From NCBI GenBank assembly GCA_963745235.1, contig CAVUXE010000009.1, positions 32,001 to 96,000 on the forward strand: DNA of 64,000 nt, in the 5' to 3' direction. A model generated the notes under the pieces. That model was given only the letters and a program-made list of their open reading frames with translations, made no database searches and had not been told where the DNA came from. Made by a program: the position numbers and the translations under genes. The DNA is from an uncultured Spirochaetota bacterium. GTDB lineage: Bacteria; Spirochaetota; Spirochaetia; SZUA-6; Fen-1364. Positions within the stretch are counted from its first letter, which is position 1, and each line of letters opens with the position of its first letter. Positions 9,819 through 19,663 of the stretch are shown piece after piece.

Positions 9819-11579
9819 TTGCACTATCATGCAACCGTGGAACGCGTGACCATCGAACGGGCGGAAAACGGCTCGCGGCCGTTGCAGGATCTCGTGCGAT
9901 CCATCATGGCAGAGGCGGACAACGCTACCCTGCACCGGGTCATCGGCAAATCCATCGCCATCAGCTCGGGAAAAGGCGGGGTCGGCAAGACGATTACCGC
10001 GTGCAACCTGGCCATCTATTATGCGCGCAAGGGCATGAGAACGGGGCTTGTGGATCTGGATCCCCTCTCGGACGTAGCCGCTCTTCTCGATCTGCAGGAC
10101 TCCGAGCAGGTGCTCACCGGCGGCGCCAGGGTTTCCACCAGAAGCGGCGGTGGGATTTTCGAATACCAGATGCCCGTCTTCAAGGGCTTGGAGATCCTCT
10201 TCCCGTTTCAGAAACTCGCCCGCGGCGAGGCGGCCGGAATGCTTGAGAAGATCTATCGCCTCCACCTGCAGGAGGTGGATGGGCTCTACGATCTGCTCAT
10301 CTTCGACATGCCCGCGGGCATGAGCTATGAGGACAACCTCGCGTACCTCCCGTTCATGAGACGGCTGGTCCTCGTGACCAATCCCGAGCCCACCGCACAT
10401 GCGTCGGCTGGCGCGTACGTGAAGGAGGTCCAGCGGCTCTACCCCGGCACCGCCATTAATATCTGGCACAACCGCTATTCCTCCGTGGTCAAGGACGGGT
10501 TCAACCCCGCTGACGTGGCGGGCAACTACAACCGGTTCGTGGACCCTTCGGAAAGGCTCTCCGTGGAGGAAAAGAGCCTCCTGGCGGATTTCGCTTTCAT
10601 CCCCGAGGACCCGGCGCTGGACCTCCTCCAGGGTGAGCCAAACCCCATCCTCCACGTCCTCTCGTGCATGAAGGACAGCCTGGACCATGTTCACGGGCGG
10701 CTTCTCTCCCATGCCTCGGACGGCATGAACATCCCCCGCGGGGTGCGGGAGCTCCTCACCCTCTATGCTCAGCGCCACCCATCCATCGGGAAGCCCGCGG
10801 AGTACCTGGACCGTTTCAGCGCGTACCTTCGGGACGTCGTTGCCGCAGCCGTTGAGCCGGGCGTCGACGCGGGGGCCGCGCGGTTTTCCCCCGAGGAGCA
10901 GCAGGTCCTGGTGACATACCTGGAAAAGATCAAGACGAGCGGACTGCGCCATGAGCTTGTCCGCCTGGAAGGCCTCCTGAGCGACAGGATACGGCAGATC
11001 GACGTGTCACGCAGGGCGATGGGAGGCGCGGCCTCACCTGAGCAGGACAGGGCCGTGGACAGGGAGCTGGGACGTTTCCTCGTCACGGCAAACAGGGCCG
11101 CGAAGAGGAGCGTCCTGATGCGCAGCCACGGAGCGCTCCTCCTCTTCTACTTCTCTCTTTACAAGCTCTACCAGTCTCGGACCCTGATGGCCTTGATCAA
11201 GGGCCTCATTCCGCGACGGCGCAACCAGAAAGGTCGGCTGGTGCGTGACCGGTTTCGACAGATCCGAACGCTGGTCGAAGGGGATGAGAAATACCGGGCG
11301 CGCTACCTCAAGACGCTGCGGGCCCTGTACCAGGTCCTCATGCGTCAGCTGGGGGCAATCGTGGAAGCCCTCCGGCTGCCCCACCTCCTCCTGCGAGACT
11401 CGCAGTCCCGCATCAATGGCAAGGCGTACCTGAAGCTGCTCACCGCCTTCCTTCATGAGACCCTGTACGGCGGGCTGAGCGTGATTGTCGGCTTCGATTA
11501 CCGGTCCACCGCGGTGGCGTTCCGTGATGGGGCGGAAAGGCTGCTTGCCGGCGGGGAGCAGAAGCTGGACACCGCCTGA
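9819..11579 (+). CDS. MinD/FlhG-like P-loop ATPase with a large helical extension (start uncertain)
   Basis: Deviant Walker A GKGGVGKT, VDLDP, DMPAG, VTNPEPTA, IPEDP. Confidence 0.8.
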   Translation: MHYHATVERVTIERAENGSRPLQDLVRSIMAEADNATLHRVIGKSIAISSGKGGVGKTITACNLAIYYARKGMRTGLVDLDPLSDVAALLDLQDSEQVLTGGARVSTRSGGGIFEYQMPVFKGLEILFPFQKLARGEAAGMLEKIYRLHLQEVDGLYDLLIFDMPAGMSYEDNLAYLPFMRRLVLVTNPEPTAHASAGAYVKEVQRLYPGTAINIWHNRYSSVVKDGFNPADVAGNYNRFVDPSERLSVEEKSLLADFAFIPEDPALDLLQGEPNPILHVLSCMKDSLDHVHGRLLSHASDGMNIPRGVRELLTLYAQRHPSIGKPAEYLDRFSAYLRDVVAAAVEPGVDAGAARFSPEEQQVLVTYLEKIKTSGLRHELVRLEGLLSDRIRQIDVSRRAMGGAASPEQDRAVDRELGRFLVTANRAAKRSVLMRSHGALLLFYFSLYKLYQSRTLMALIKGLIPRRRNQKGRLVRDRFRQIRTLVEGDEKYRARYLKTLRALYQVLMRQLGAIVEALRLPHLLLRDSQSRINGKAYLKLLTAFLHETLYGGLSVIVGFDYRSTAVAFRDGAERLLAGGEQKLDTA

Positions 11580-11632
11580 GGCGGATCATTCGCCAGTGGA
11601 CGAATCCTGCCCGTTATGATCAGCTTCACACC

Positions 11633-12655
11633 ATGAAAATGGGCATGGCGCGCATCCTTGCTGTTCTTCTTGCCGGCACTTTCGTCGCAGCGGGCTGTCA
11701 GCAGCGGACCCCGCTGTCACAGACTGCGGAAATCCTGTGGACAACATGCACCATTACGCTTTATGACCACGCGGAAAAAGCGAACCTGGATGCGTGCTTC
11801 CAGAGGCTGCGCGAGATTCACGGACGGATGAGCGTGAACGTGCCGGGCTCGGAGCTGGATGCCATTGCCGCGGCAGCCGGCAAGGAGCCCGTTCGCGTTA
11901 CCGATGACGTTCTCACGGTGACAAAGAAGGCCCTCCAGCTTGCCCAGTTGTCCGGTGGTCTCTTTGATCCGACCGTGGGGCCGCTCATCAAGGTCTGGAA
12001 GATCAACCAGGACCATCCCGAAATCCCGAAAGCGGCAGACATTGCGGCGGCCAGGGCACTGGTCAACTGGCGCGACGTAGTGGTTGATGATGCGGCGAAA
12101 ACGATCCTCCTCAAGCGGGCTGGAATGGAGCTGGACCTCGGCGGCCTGGTGAAAGGATACGCGGCGGACGAGGCCATGCGCATCCTGTCCGCCCGCGGCG
12201 TCAGGTCTGCAATCATCGACCTTGGAGGGGACATCTTCGCCATGGGCCGGGCACAAAGCGGCCAGGCCTGGAAGATCGGAGTGCAAAACCCGGGAGCTGA
12301 GCGGGGAACCTACCTGGGAATAGCCCAGGTGATCGACAAGACGGTTGTCACCTCGGGAGTCTATGAGCACTTCTTCATGAAAAACGGGAAGAGATACCAT
12401 CACCTCATGGACACTCGCACCGGGTATCCCGTGGACAATGGCCTGGATTCCGTTACCGTTATTACCAGGTCCTCGATGGACGCGGATGGTTTCGGCCTGG
12501 CCCTGTTCTGTATGGGGACGGACAAGGGGATCCAGCTCGGGGAGAAGCTCGACCTTGGAGTTGTGATGGTCGATGCTGCTCATAAAGTGTACGTAACGCC
12601 GGGAGCGAAAGCCTACTTTACGATCACGGATCCGAGCTTCACGTACGCCAACTAA
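11633..12655 (+). CDS. apbE: FAD:protein FMN transferase lipoprotein
   Basis: Lipobox AAGC, FDPTVGPL, LDLGGLVKGY, VTSGVYE, YHHLMD, DAD. Confidence 0.92.
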   Translation: MKMGMARILAVLLAGTFVAAGCQQRTPLSQTAEILWTTCTITLYDHAEKANLDACFQRLREIHGRMSVNVPGSELDAIAAAAGKEPVRVTDDVLTVTKKALQLAQLSGGLFDPTVGPLIKVWKINQDHPEIPKAADIAAARALVNWRDVVVDDAAKTILLKRAGMELDLGGLVKGYAADEAMRILSARGVRSAIIDLGGDIFAMGRAQSGQAWKIGVQNPGAERGTYLGIAQVIDKTVVTSGVYEHFFMKNGKRYHHLMDTRTGYPVDNGLDSVTVITRSSMDADGFGLALFCMGTDKGIQLGEKLDLGVVMVDAAHKVYVTPGAKAYFTITDPSFTYAN

Positions 12656-12755
12656 GCAACGGGAGTGTGCCGGGGCAGGCGTCCAGGTTTCCTTGACACG
12701 CAGGAGCGCAGGGGATAGCGTTCGGTTCAGGTTCCCGCTGCCTCGGAGGTGGGTC

Positions 12756-13637
12756 ATGAGACGCGCCTTGTTCCTCTGCTCGGCAATCGCCTCGGCTCTT
12801 CTCCTTCTCTCCTGCCAGAAAAACCAGTCCACTGCCCTTCCTCCTGCCGCAATCGCGGATTCGAAAAGCTGCTTTTCGCTCACGGATATCACTTTCTGGG
12901 ATCTCAGCGGCACAACGCTCACGCAAAAGGGAAGCGTCCAGGTGGGGGAAAAGCTCGCCCTGCTGGGGCAGAGCCGCCACGTGACAATGGGGGGAAAAGA
13001 ACGGGATCTGCTCAGAGCGCGTCGCGACACGGGGGCAGAGGGCTGGGTGCGCGGGGACTATGTCATCTCCAACGCCATCCTTGCCGTCACAACCGCGGAC
13101 GCTGTCATCTACAGCGTTCCCCGAAACACGGCGGCAACCACCGACAGCATACCGCGAATGACCGTGCTGGCCATTCACTCGGACTCCGGCGGGATGCCAT
13201 TCATCCATGTGAGCTTCTATGACCCGCAGCAGAGCACCGTACGCAACGATGTCTACCTGCGAAACGAGGGTGTCTCGGCGCGGCCTGATGACGTGCAGGC
13301 AGCCATTCTCCTGCAGCTGGCTGCTGAATCGAACAACCAGAGGCAGCGGGAGGCCTTCCTCACCTCAGGGATCAAGGACTATCCGGGGTCGCTTTTTCTC
13401 CCCCAGCTTCAAGATGCGTTGAATGCCCTGCATTCCCCGGCGCCTCAAACGCAGGCTGGCGCGGCCGCTCCGCCTGCTTCGCCGCCCCAGGCTGCTTCGC
13501 CTCCGGCCACTTCACCCGCAGGCGCCTCGACTCCGGCTGCCGGCGCGTCCCCCGCGTCTCCTGGCCAGCCCCCTGCTGCCTCGCCGGCGCCCGCGGCGCA
13601 GCCCCCGGGGCAGCCCGCCGCGCAGGGTGGCGGCTGA
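12756..13637 (+). CDS. Lipoprotein with SH3b-like segment and Pro/Ala-rich C-terminal tail
   Basis: Spirochaete-type lipobox LLLLSC; GAEGWVRGDYV; low-complexity P/A/S/Q tail. Confidence 0.7.
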   Translation: MRRALFLCSAIASALLLLSCQKNQSTALPPAAIADSKSCFSLTDITFWDLSGTTLTQKGSVQVGEKLALLGQSRHVTMGGKERDLLRARRDTGAEGWVRGDYVISNAILAVTTADAVIYSVPRNTAATTDSIPRMTVLAIHSDSGGMPFIHVSFYDPQQSTVRNDVYLRNEGVSARPDDVQAAILLQLAAESNNQRQREAFLTSGIKDYPGSLFLPQLQDALNALHSPAPQTQAGAAAPPASPPQAASPPATSPAGASTPAAGASPASPGQPPAASPAPAAQPPGQPAAQGGG

Positions 13638-13699
13638 CACCGCTTTCCCAGCGCCGCGCTATCGTGTACCATGGCCCGCCTGCTGGCGAGGAGGACATC

Positions 13700-14977
13700 A
13701 TGCCCGTGACTGCCGTGGTCGGCGCGAACTGGGGAGACGAGGGGAAGGGAAAGATCACTGACTACCTCGCGAGCGAGGCGGACTTTGTCGTGCGCTACCA
13801 GGGCGGCAACAACGCGGGCCATACAATCATCAACCAGTTCGGAAAGTTCGCCCTGCACCTGCTGCCCTCCGGTGTCTTCTACCCGAATGTGATCAACGTC
13901 CTCGGGCCGGGCGTTGCCGTGAACATCCCCGCGCTCCTCTCCGAGTTCGATGCGCTGCTGCAGCGCGGCGTCCCGCGGCCGGATGTCCGCGTTTCCGAGC
14001 GCGCACAAATTCTCCTCCCGTACCACATCCTTTTCGATACGCTGGAGGAGGAGCGGCTCGGCAAGGAGAGCTTCGGCTCCACCAAATCGGGCATTGCGCC
14101 GTTTTACGCGGACAAGTGCCTGAAGATCGGTCTCCAGGTGAACGAGCTCTTCGACACGGCCATCGTCAAGGCCAGGCTCGCAAAAGCCATCGTCTCCCGC
14201 AATGTCCTGCTGGAGAAGCTGTACGGAAAGCCGCCTCTGTCCCTGGACGAGATGGTGGCGCAGCTCATCCCCCTCAGGGACAGGCTGGCTCCTTTTGTGA
14301 CCGACACGACAATGCTGCTCATGGATGCGGTGGAGGCGGGAAAGACCGTGCTGGTGGAAGGCCAGCTGGGCACGCTTCGCGACCCCGATCACGGGATATA
14401 CCCCTATCCCACCTCTTCATCCCCGCTGGCGGGCTTTGCGGCGGTCGGAGCCGGCGTTCCACCCTGGTCCATCTCCCGGGTCGTTGCCGTCACCAAGGCG
14501 TATTCCAGCTGCGTGGGCGCGGGGCCGTTCGTCACCGAGCTGCACGGGGAAGAGGGGGAAACCCTGCGAAAGAGGGGGGGAGATGCCGGGGAGTATGGGG
14601 CAACCACGGGGCGCCCGCGGCGCGTGGGCTGGTTCGACTGCGTGGCAACCTCCTACGGGTGCAGGGTGCAGGGTGCCACGGAAGCTGCAATCACGAACCT
14701 CGATGTCCTGGGGTATCGGGATTCCATCCCCGTCTGTACCGCGTATCGCCTTGGCGGGGAGAAAACGACCCGGTTCCCGGTCTCCCGATTGCTGGATTCT
14801 GCCGAAGGCGTGTTCGAGGAGCTCCCGGGCTGGAAGACCGACATCGGCGCCACCCGCTCTTTCGAGGATCTCCCGGGTCAGGCCCGGGACTACGTTCTGT
14901 TCATCGAAGAGAGGATCCGGACTTCCATCAGGTGGATTTCCGTCGGGCCCCGGCGCGAGCAGATGATACGAAGGTGA
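13700..14977 (+). CDS. purA: Adenylosuccinate synthetase
   Basis: WGDEGKGK, GGNNAGHT, GEYGATTGRPRR, SVGP; GGAGG RBS. Confidence 0.97.
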   Translation: MPVTAVVGANWGDEGKGKITDYLASEADFVVRYQGGNNAGHTIINQFGKFALHLLPSGVFYPNVINVLGPGVAVNIPALLSEFDALLQRGVPRPDVRVSERAQILLPYHILFDTLEEERLGKESFGSTKSGIAPFYADKCLKIGLQVNELFDTAIVKARLAKAIVSRNVLLEKLYGKPPLSLDEMVAQLIPLRDRLAPFVTDTTMLLMDAVEAGKTVLVEGQLGTLRDPDHGIYPYPTSSSPLAGFAAVGAGVPPWSISRVVAVTKAYSSCVGAGPFVTELHGEEGETLRKRGGDAGEYGATTGRPRRVGWFDCVATSYGCRVQGATEAAITNLDVLGYRDSIPVCTAYRLGGEKTTRFPVSRLLDSAEGVFEELPGWKTDIGATRSFEDLPGQARDYVLFIEERIRTSIRWISVGPRREQMIRR

Positions 14978-15793
14978 CTAGAGGCTTCCTTCGACGACCC
15001 TGATGACCCTGTTGGGCGATGCAAAGCGGACGTCTTCCGCGCTGAATCGTGACGTGATGTCCTTCATGATGGAGTTCTTCAGGGCAAGGAAATCCGCCTG
15101 GCTGAACCAGAGCCCAAGCAGGATTTCGATCCCGGATTCCTTGAAATCATTGAGCACGATGACGGGTTGAGGCTCATCCAGGCTCCACGGGTTGACGCGC
15201 GCGATCTCCGCAAGCAGGTCCTGGACATGGGAGAGGTCCTGCCCGTGCGCCACCTGGAAGAGGAAGTCCATCCTGCGGATGGGAAACCGCGTGATGTTGG
15301 TGACCTCGGAGCTGAGGATCTTCTCATTGGGGATGCGCACGAAGAGGTTGTCGAAAGTGCGGATCTTGATGGACAGAAGATCGATGGACTGGATGATACC
15401 CGTGGTGGTCCCGATGCGGATCACGTCCCCGACAGTGAAGGGTTTCTCCGAGATGAGGAACAGCCCGCTGATGATGTTGGACACGCTGGTCTGGGAGGCA
15501 AAGCCCACCGCTATCCCGACGATCCCCGCCGCTCCCAGGAGCGCGGTGAGCTTCACTCCGAGCTCGCCGAGGACGGTCACCACCACCAGGACGAAGCCCG
15601 TGTAGCTGATGGCCTTGCGGGCGATCATCTGGCGCTGCGCCGTGGACTTCCGCATGATGTAGCGCTGCGTCACCACGGCGAGCACCCGCACCAGGAACAG
15701 ACCGACCACCAGGGTGAGGACGATCTGCAGCCCGCGGGAGAGCACGTCCGGAGAGAGAGACGCGAGCCACGTCCTGATCTGCTGTGTGAACAT
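14978..15793 (-). CDS. mscS: Small-conductance mechanosensitive channel family protein
   Basis: AGIVGIAVGFASQ, SNIISG, KPFTVGD, RIPNE. Confidence 0.9.
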   Translation of the reverse strand: MFTQQIRTWLASLSPDVLSRGLQIVLTLVVGLFLVRVLAVVTQRYIMRKSTAQRQMIARKAISYTGFVLVVVTVLGELGVKLTALLGAAGIVGIAVGFASQTSVSNIISGLFLISEKPFTVGDVIRIGTTTGIIQSIDLLSIKIRTFDNLFVRIPNEKILSSEVTNITRFPIRRMDFLFQVAHGQDLSHVQDLLAEIARVNPWSLDEPQPVIVLNDFKESGIEILLGLWFSQADFLALKNSIMKDITSRFSAEDVRFASPNRVIRVVEGSL

Positions 15794-15807
15794 GCGGCCG
15801 TCCCCCC

Positions 15808-16605
15808 TCAGAAGTCCGTGAAGGACTTCAGGATCCCGAAGGTCTTCCTGATGTTCCAGCCCGGCGACGGCTGGCGCGCGGCCGCGAACATCGTCAGACC
15901 TTTCTCGAATCCCGGCGCCTCGCGATCTATCTCGATCTGCGTTCCCTGCTCGGGGCCCCGAAAAACGACATTCAGCTTGTTCGTCCACAACCTGCGCGGG
16001 CTGCGAAACACGCTGAGGTTCTCCACGTGAAGGCAGATCTTCTCGAAGGCGAGATCGGTTGTGGAATCGTTGGTTATTGACAGCGGGCAGACCGTCAGAT
16101 GCGCGCAAGGATCCACGGAATCGATTCCCTGGTGCAGCCGGGTGGCCAGCCCATAGCACAGCTCGCCCGTGACCGGGTCACCGAACCAGGTCTTGGTGAG
16201 CACCGTTATTGCTTCCTCGAAGATGGTGAGATGCCGGGGAACGGTGGTACAGAGACGAAACCAGACAGGGATCTCGAGGAAGAACAACGCATCCTGTCCC
16301 GGGAGCAGGGTCAGGGACCTGTCGGGCCGCACGACAATGGGCTTGTCCGGAAGGACTGCAACGGGCTGGACCGGACCCATTTCCTTATGGAGGTAGTGCC
16401 GCCAGAGAGAAGACTCAGGCTTTTGGGAACGGGCTACCGGCTCGCGTCGGACGTTGCCGCGCCAACCCTCCTGGGCCAGGGTGAGGACGTGCCATTCGTG
16501 GTCCACCCGCTCCACCCAGATGCTGCGGGTGGGGAACCGCCATGCCACGCACTGCCTCACAGAGATTTCTGTCCTGTCCCAGACCGCGGTGCCGGTCTTG
16601 TCCAT
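15808..16605 (-). CDS. DUF432-like protein
   Basis: PVAVLPDKPIVVRP..L.LLPG...FFLEIP, TKTWFGDP..GELCY; adjacent to mscS, the usual context of this family. Confidence 0.65.
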   Translation of the reverse strand: MDKTGTAVWDRTEISVRQCVAWRFPTRSIWVERVDHEWHVLTLAQEGWRGNVRREPVARSQKPESSLWRHYLHKEMGPVQPVAVLPDKPIVVRPDRSLTLLPGQDALFFLEIPVWFRLCTTVPRHLTIFEEAITVLTKTWFGDPVTGELCYGLATRLHQGIDSVDPCAHLTVCPLSITNDSTTDLAFEKICLHVENLSVFRSPRRLWTNKLNVVFRGPEQGTQIEIDREAPGFEKGLTMFAAARQPSPGWNIRKTFGILKSFTDF

Positions 16606-16613
16606 TCTGCCCC

Positions 16614-17270
16614 TTAACTATCTTTTCGGCTCTTTTGGAGCAGGAGGATACCGATGAGAAGCAAAACAATGGGGATCACGAGCCCCGTCACCGAAACCGA
16701 GACATGCAGCCAATCCGCGGCAAGGCGGTTGACGGGCTCTGAAAAGATATGGAGGATCCCGATGATCCCCGCGACAAGAAGAACCCAGCCTCCGGTGCGG
16801 CGGTTCAGCAGCACTCGCTCCCAGACGGCCTTCATGGTGTCGTCGTCCGTGGCCGGGAGATCGCGTCCTCTCCTTCGGGCGTCGCAGATGGCCATTGTGT
16901 CGAATACGGCATAGCTGAGAAACAGCACGGAGAGGGTCGGCACGAGGTACGCTGTCATCCAGTACATGCCGGTGGCATCCGAGTACAGGATGACCAGGAA
17001 AACGGATGCGATCAGGAGGGCCATGAGCGCGAACCCTTTGCCGATCAGTCCCAGGAACATGTGACCTGCTCCCGGAAGGAGGCTCAGGAGCGCGGCAACG
17101 AGCTTTGCCCATCCCGGGTACGCCCTCGTGACGGGGGCCACGGCGGCGGTCAGGCATTCGCGACACCAGGTCCGCTCATCCAGCTCGATCAGGCACTCGC
17201 CGCAATACGACCGGCCGCACCTGAGGCAGGCTCCAATCGACTCGACTTTCGGGTGGATGCTGCACTTCAT
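16614..17270 (-). CDS. B-box-like zinc-finger membrane protein
   Basis: C..HP...GAC..CG..YC.EC...WC..C, LSLLPGAGHMFLG and several TM helices. Confidence 0.75.
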   Translation of the reverse strand: MKCSIHPKVESIGACLRCGRSYCGECLIELDERTWCRECLTAAVAPVTRAYPGWAKLVAALLSLLPGAGHMFLGLIGKGFALMALLIASVFLVILYSDATGMYWMTAYLVPTLSVLFLSYAVFDTMAICDARRRGRDLPATDDDTMKAVWERVLLNRRTGGWVLLVAGIIGILHIFSEPVNRLAADWLHVSVSVTGLVIPIVLLLIGILLLQKSRKDS

Positions 17271-17788
17271 CTCGCCACTCCTCCGTCGCTTCCCGAAGAC
17301 AGTCCCCCGGGCTTCGCCAGGGTACCCCGGACCAGCCGGTCCGCGCCCGTCAGTGCCGCACGCACCTTCGGCGTTCCCGCGGCAGAAAGATCCGCCGCCA
17401 CAGCCCCGGTTGCCAGGATTGTCGGATACGACGCCGGGGGTATCACCAGGCTGACGGCAAGGAGCGCCGCGCTCAGCATGAAGCTCAGCCCGAGCCGACG
17501 ATAGAACCTTCCGCGCTGAGCTTCCCTGTCCGCGGCGCCAGCCCGGGAAGGGTATCCCTCCATTGCCAGGTGATGCACCTCGCTCATGACCCTGGCTCGA
17601 AAGCCGGCCGGAGCCGCGCCGTCGGGCGCGCTGGCCAGCGCCGAGGCCAGACCCACCGCCTGGGCCAGGCTCCGGGAGCAGGCATCGCAGGAAGCGACAT
17701 GCGTTGCCATTTCCTTCACCGTGTCGGCCTCCAGCTTGCCGTCCACGTACTTGTCCAGCAGTGAATCGACCGTCGAGCAGCGCATCAT
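17267..17788 (-). CDS. Zinc-binding anti-sigma factor (zf-HC2) with TM helix
   Basis: HVASCDAC (HxxxCxxC), single TM helix, overlaps the sigma stop codon. Confidence 0.85.
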   Translation of the reverse strand: MMRCSTVDSLLDKYVDGKLEADTVKEMATHVASCDACSRSLAQAVGLASALASAPDGAAPAGFRARVMSEVHHLAMEGYPSRAGAADREAQRGRFYRRLGLSFMLSAALLAVSLVIPPASYPTILATGAVAADLSAAGTPKVRAALTGADRLVRGTLAKPGGLSSGSDGGVAR

Positions 17789-18363
17789 CCGGGGTCCCTG
17801 AGCGTCTTTCGCAGCATCTGCCGCGCCCGGTAGAGCCGTGTCTCAACGGTCTTTATCGGGATGTCCAGGACGCTCCCGATCTGATCATAGGAGAGCTCCT
17901 GATAATACAGAAGAATCACCACCGTGCGGTACCGCTCGGGGAGCCGGTCCACTGCTTTCCTGACCTCATTTCGCTCTTCAGCTGCGAGGAGACACTTTCC
18001 CAGGTCCACTGTTCCATCTGCCACCTCCGCTGCTGCATCGATTGAGGCCGTCCTCCGTCCCGGCTTCCTGTTTCTGCGGAGCCAGTCCATGCAGAGGTTG
18101 AACGTGATCCGGTAGAGCCACGTGGAGAACCTCGCATGCCCCTTGAATCCTTCCAGCCCGCGAAAGGCCTTGAGAAACGCCTCCTGGGCAAGGTCCTCCG
18201 CGTCTGCCCCGTGCCCGACGAATCTCCCCGTCATCCCGTACACCCGGTCCTGGTATCGCCGCACCAGCTCGTCGAACAAACGTGTCTCGCCGTCGCATAT
18301 GCGGCCAATGATCTCACCATCAGTCACGGTCTCGGGCTGCCCCTCTTTGGCCGCCCGCGTCAC
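17785..18363 (-). CDS. ECF RNA polymerase sigma factor (SigW/RpoE-like)
   Basis: AEDLAQEAF, FSTWLYRIT.N, LSYDQI...L.IP..TV.TRL.RAR. Confidence 0.93.
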   Translation of the reverse strand: MTRAAKEGQPETVTDGEIIGRICDGETRLFDELVRRYQDRVYGMTGRFVGHGADAEDLAQEAFLKAFRGLEGFKGHARFSTWLYRITFNLCMDWLRRNRKPGRRTASIDAAAEVADGTVDLGKCLLAAEERNEVRKAVDRLPERYRTVVILLYYQELSYDQIGSVLDIPIKTVETRLYRARQMLRKTLRDPG

Positions 18364-18571
18364 GGCGGCTTTTTCAATTCTGCTGCGGCGATCTGACCGG
18401 GTGGCTGCGCCCCGCAGGGCGCTCCTCCCTCACGATTATCACTCTGGCGCCCCGGTGTCAAAGGATTTGACGCGCGGGAGGCCTGCAACCCTTCATACAA
18501 TACCTTCATGCAATAATCGAAGTACTATACGGCGGGAGCTCGTCAGACGGCTCGACAGGAGGGATGTTTCA

Positions 18572-19408
18572 GTGCAGCGAGTCTGCGTCGTGACAGGGGC
18601 TACCTCGGGGATTGGGCGAGAAACGGCAAGGATTCTTGCGGCGCGTGGTGCAGCTGTGATCGGCGTGGGGCGGGACGCCGGCAGGTGCGCGGCTGCCGCG
18701 AAAGAGATCCGAGGTTCGACGGGAAACCCCACCGTGAGCATTCTGGTCGCTGACCTGTCTTCCCAGGCGGCAATCAGGGATCTCGCCCGCCAGATCGCCG
18801 CCCGCGTGGACCGGGTGGATGTGCTTGTGAACAACGCCGGTACGTTTACCTTTCGCCGGGCAGAAACCTGCGACGGCCTGGAGATGCAGTTTGCGGTGAA
18901 CTATCTCTCGGGTTTTCTCCTGACGCGACTGCTCCAGCCTCTCCTGCGCGCCTCGTCCGGGGCGCGCGTGGTCACCACGAGCTCGGGATCTCATTTCAGC
19001 GGTCGGATTCGATGGGACGACATGATGCTTCACAGGCGCTACAACGGGCTTTCGGCGTACAACCAGTCAAAGCTGGCTACTGTCCTTTTCACCCGGGAGC
19101 TGGCGCGGCGGCTGGGTGCCCGTTCCTCCATCAGCACATACGCCGTGGATCCGGGGCTCGTCAAGACCGAGATAGGTCTGAAGGGCAACGGCCCGCTGGT
19201 ACACCTGGCTTGGAAGATCAGGGCAAGGAGGGGGATACGCCCCGAGCAGGCTGCCGCCTCCCTTGTGTTCTGCGCCCTGGATCCCGGCGCAGAGGGACGC
19301 TCCGGGCTCTACTGGAAAGACTGCGCCGCGCGCCCGCCGTCACGAGCCGCGCGCTGTGACCAAGATGCCCGCAGGCTGTGGGAGCTCAGCGAGGAATTGT
19401 GCCGCTGA
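18572..19408 (+). CDS. Short-chain dehydrogenase/reductase (retinol DH-like)
   Basis: TGATSGIG, NNAG, YNQSK; GTG start after AGGAGG. Confidence 0.9.
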   Translation: MQRVCVVTGATSGIGRETARILAARGAAVIGVGRDAGRCAAAAKEIRGSTGNPTVSILVADLSSQAAIRDLARQIAARVDRVDVLVNNAGTFTFRRAETCDGLEMQFAVNYLSGFLLTRLLQPLLRASSGARVVTTSSGSHFSGRIRWDDMMLHRRYNGLSAYNQSKLATVLFTRELARRLGARSSISTYAVDPGLVKTEIGLKGNGPLVHLAWKIRARRGIRPEQAAASLVFCALDPGAEGRSGLYWKDCAARPPSRAARCDQDARRLWELSEELCR

Positions 19409-19426
19409 GGCCGCAGACGGCCCGGC

Positions 19427-19657
19427 CTATTGCATTCCGCAGAGACCCGAGCCGCACCTGCCCTGCTCGCAGCCGCACTCCCCCGTGGCGCAGGAAGGGA
19501 CTGCCTCCGCGTGCCGGGCGGTGTGCGCGGCGAACAGGCTGAGCTTCCTCACCACCCGCTCGCTCTGGCAGGAAGGACAGGCGATCTTCGTGTCGGAGCG
19601 CATGAGCAGCTCGAACGAGGAGCTGCACTTCCTGCACTCGTACTCGTAAATGGGCAT
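19427..19657 (-). CDS. FmdB-family zinc-ribbon protein
   Basis: MPIYEYECRKC...FE..CPSC, Cys-rich tail. Confidence 0.88.
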   Translation of the reverse strand: MPIYEYECRKCSSSFELLMRSDTKIACPSCQSERVVRKLSLFAAHTARHAEAVPSCATGECGCEQGRCGSGLCGMQ

Positions 19658-19663
19658 GGCCTT

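Noticed and set aside
11633-13637. Lipoprotein after apbE as its flavinylation substrate
   Set aside because: No canonical Dxx(S/T)GA(S/T) motif; the AGAS strings lie in a low-complexity tail
18457-18471. Inverted repeat GTCAAA-GGA-TTTGAC as an operator
   Set aside because: Equally explained by back-to-back -35 boxes of divergent promoters
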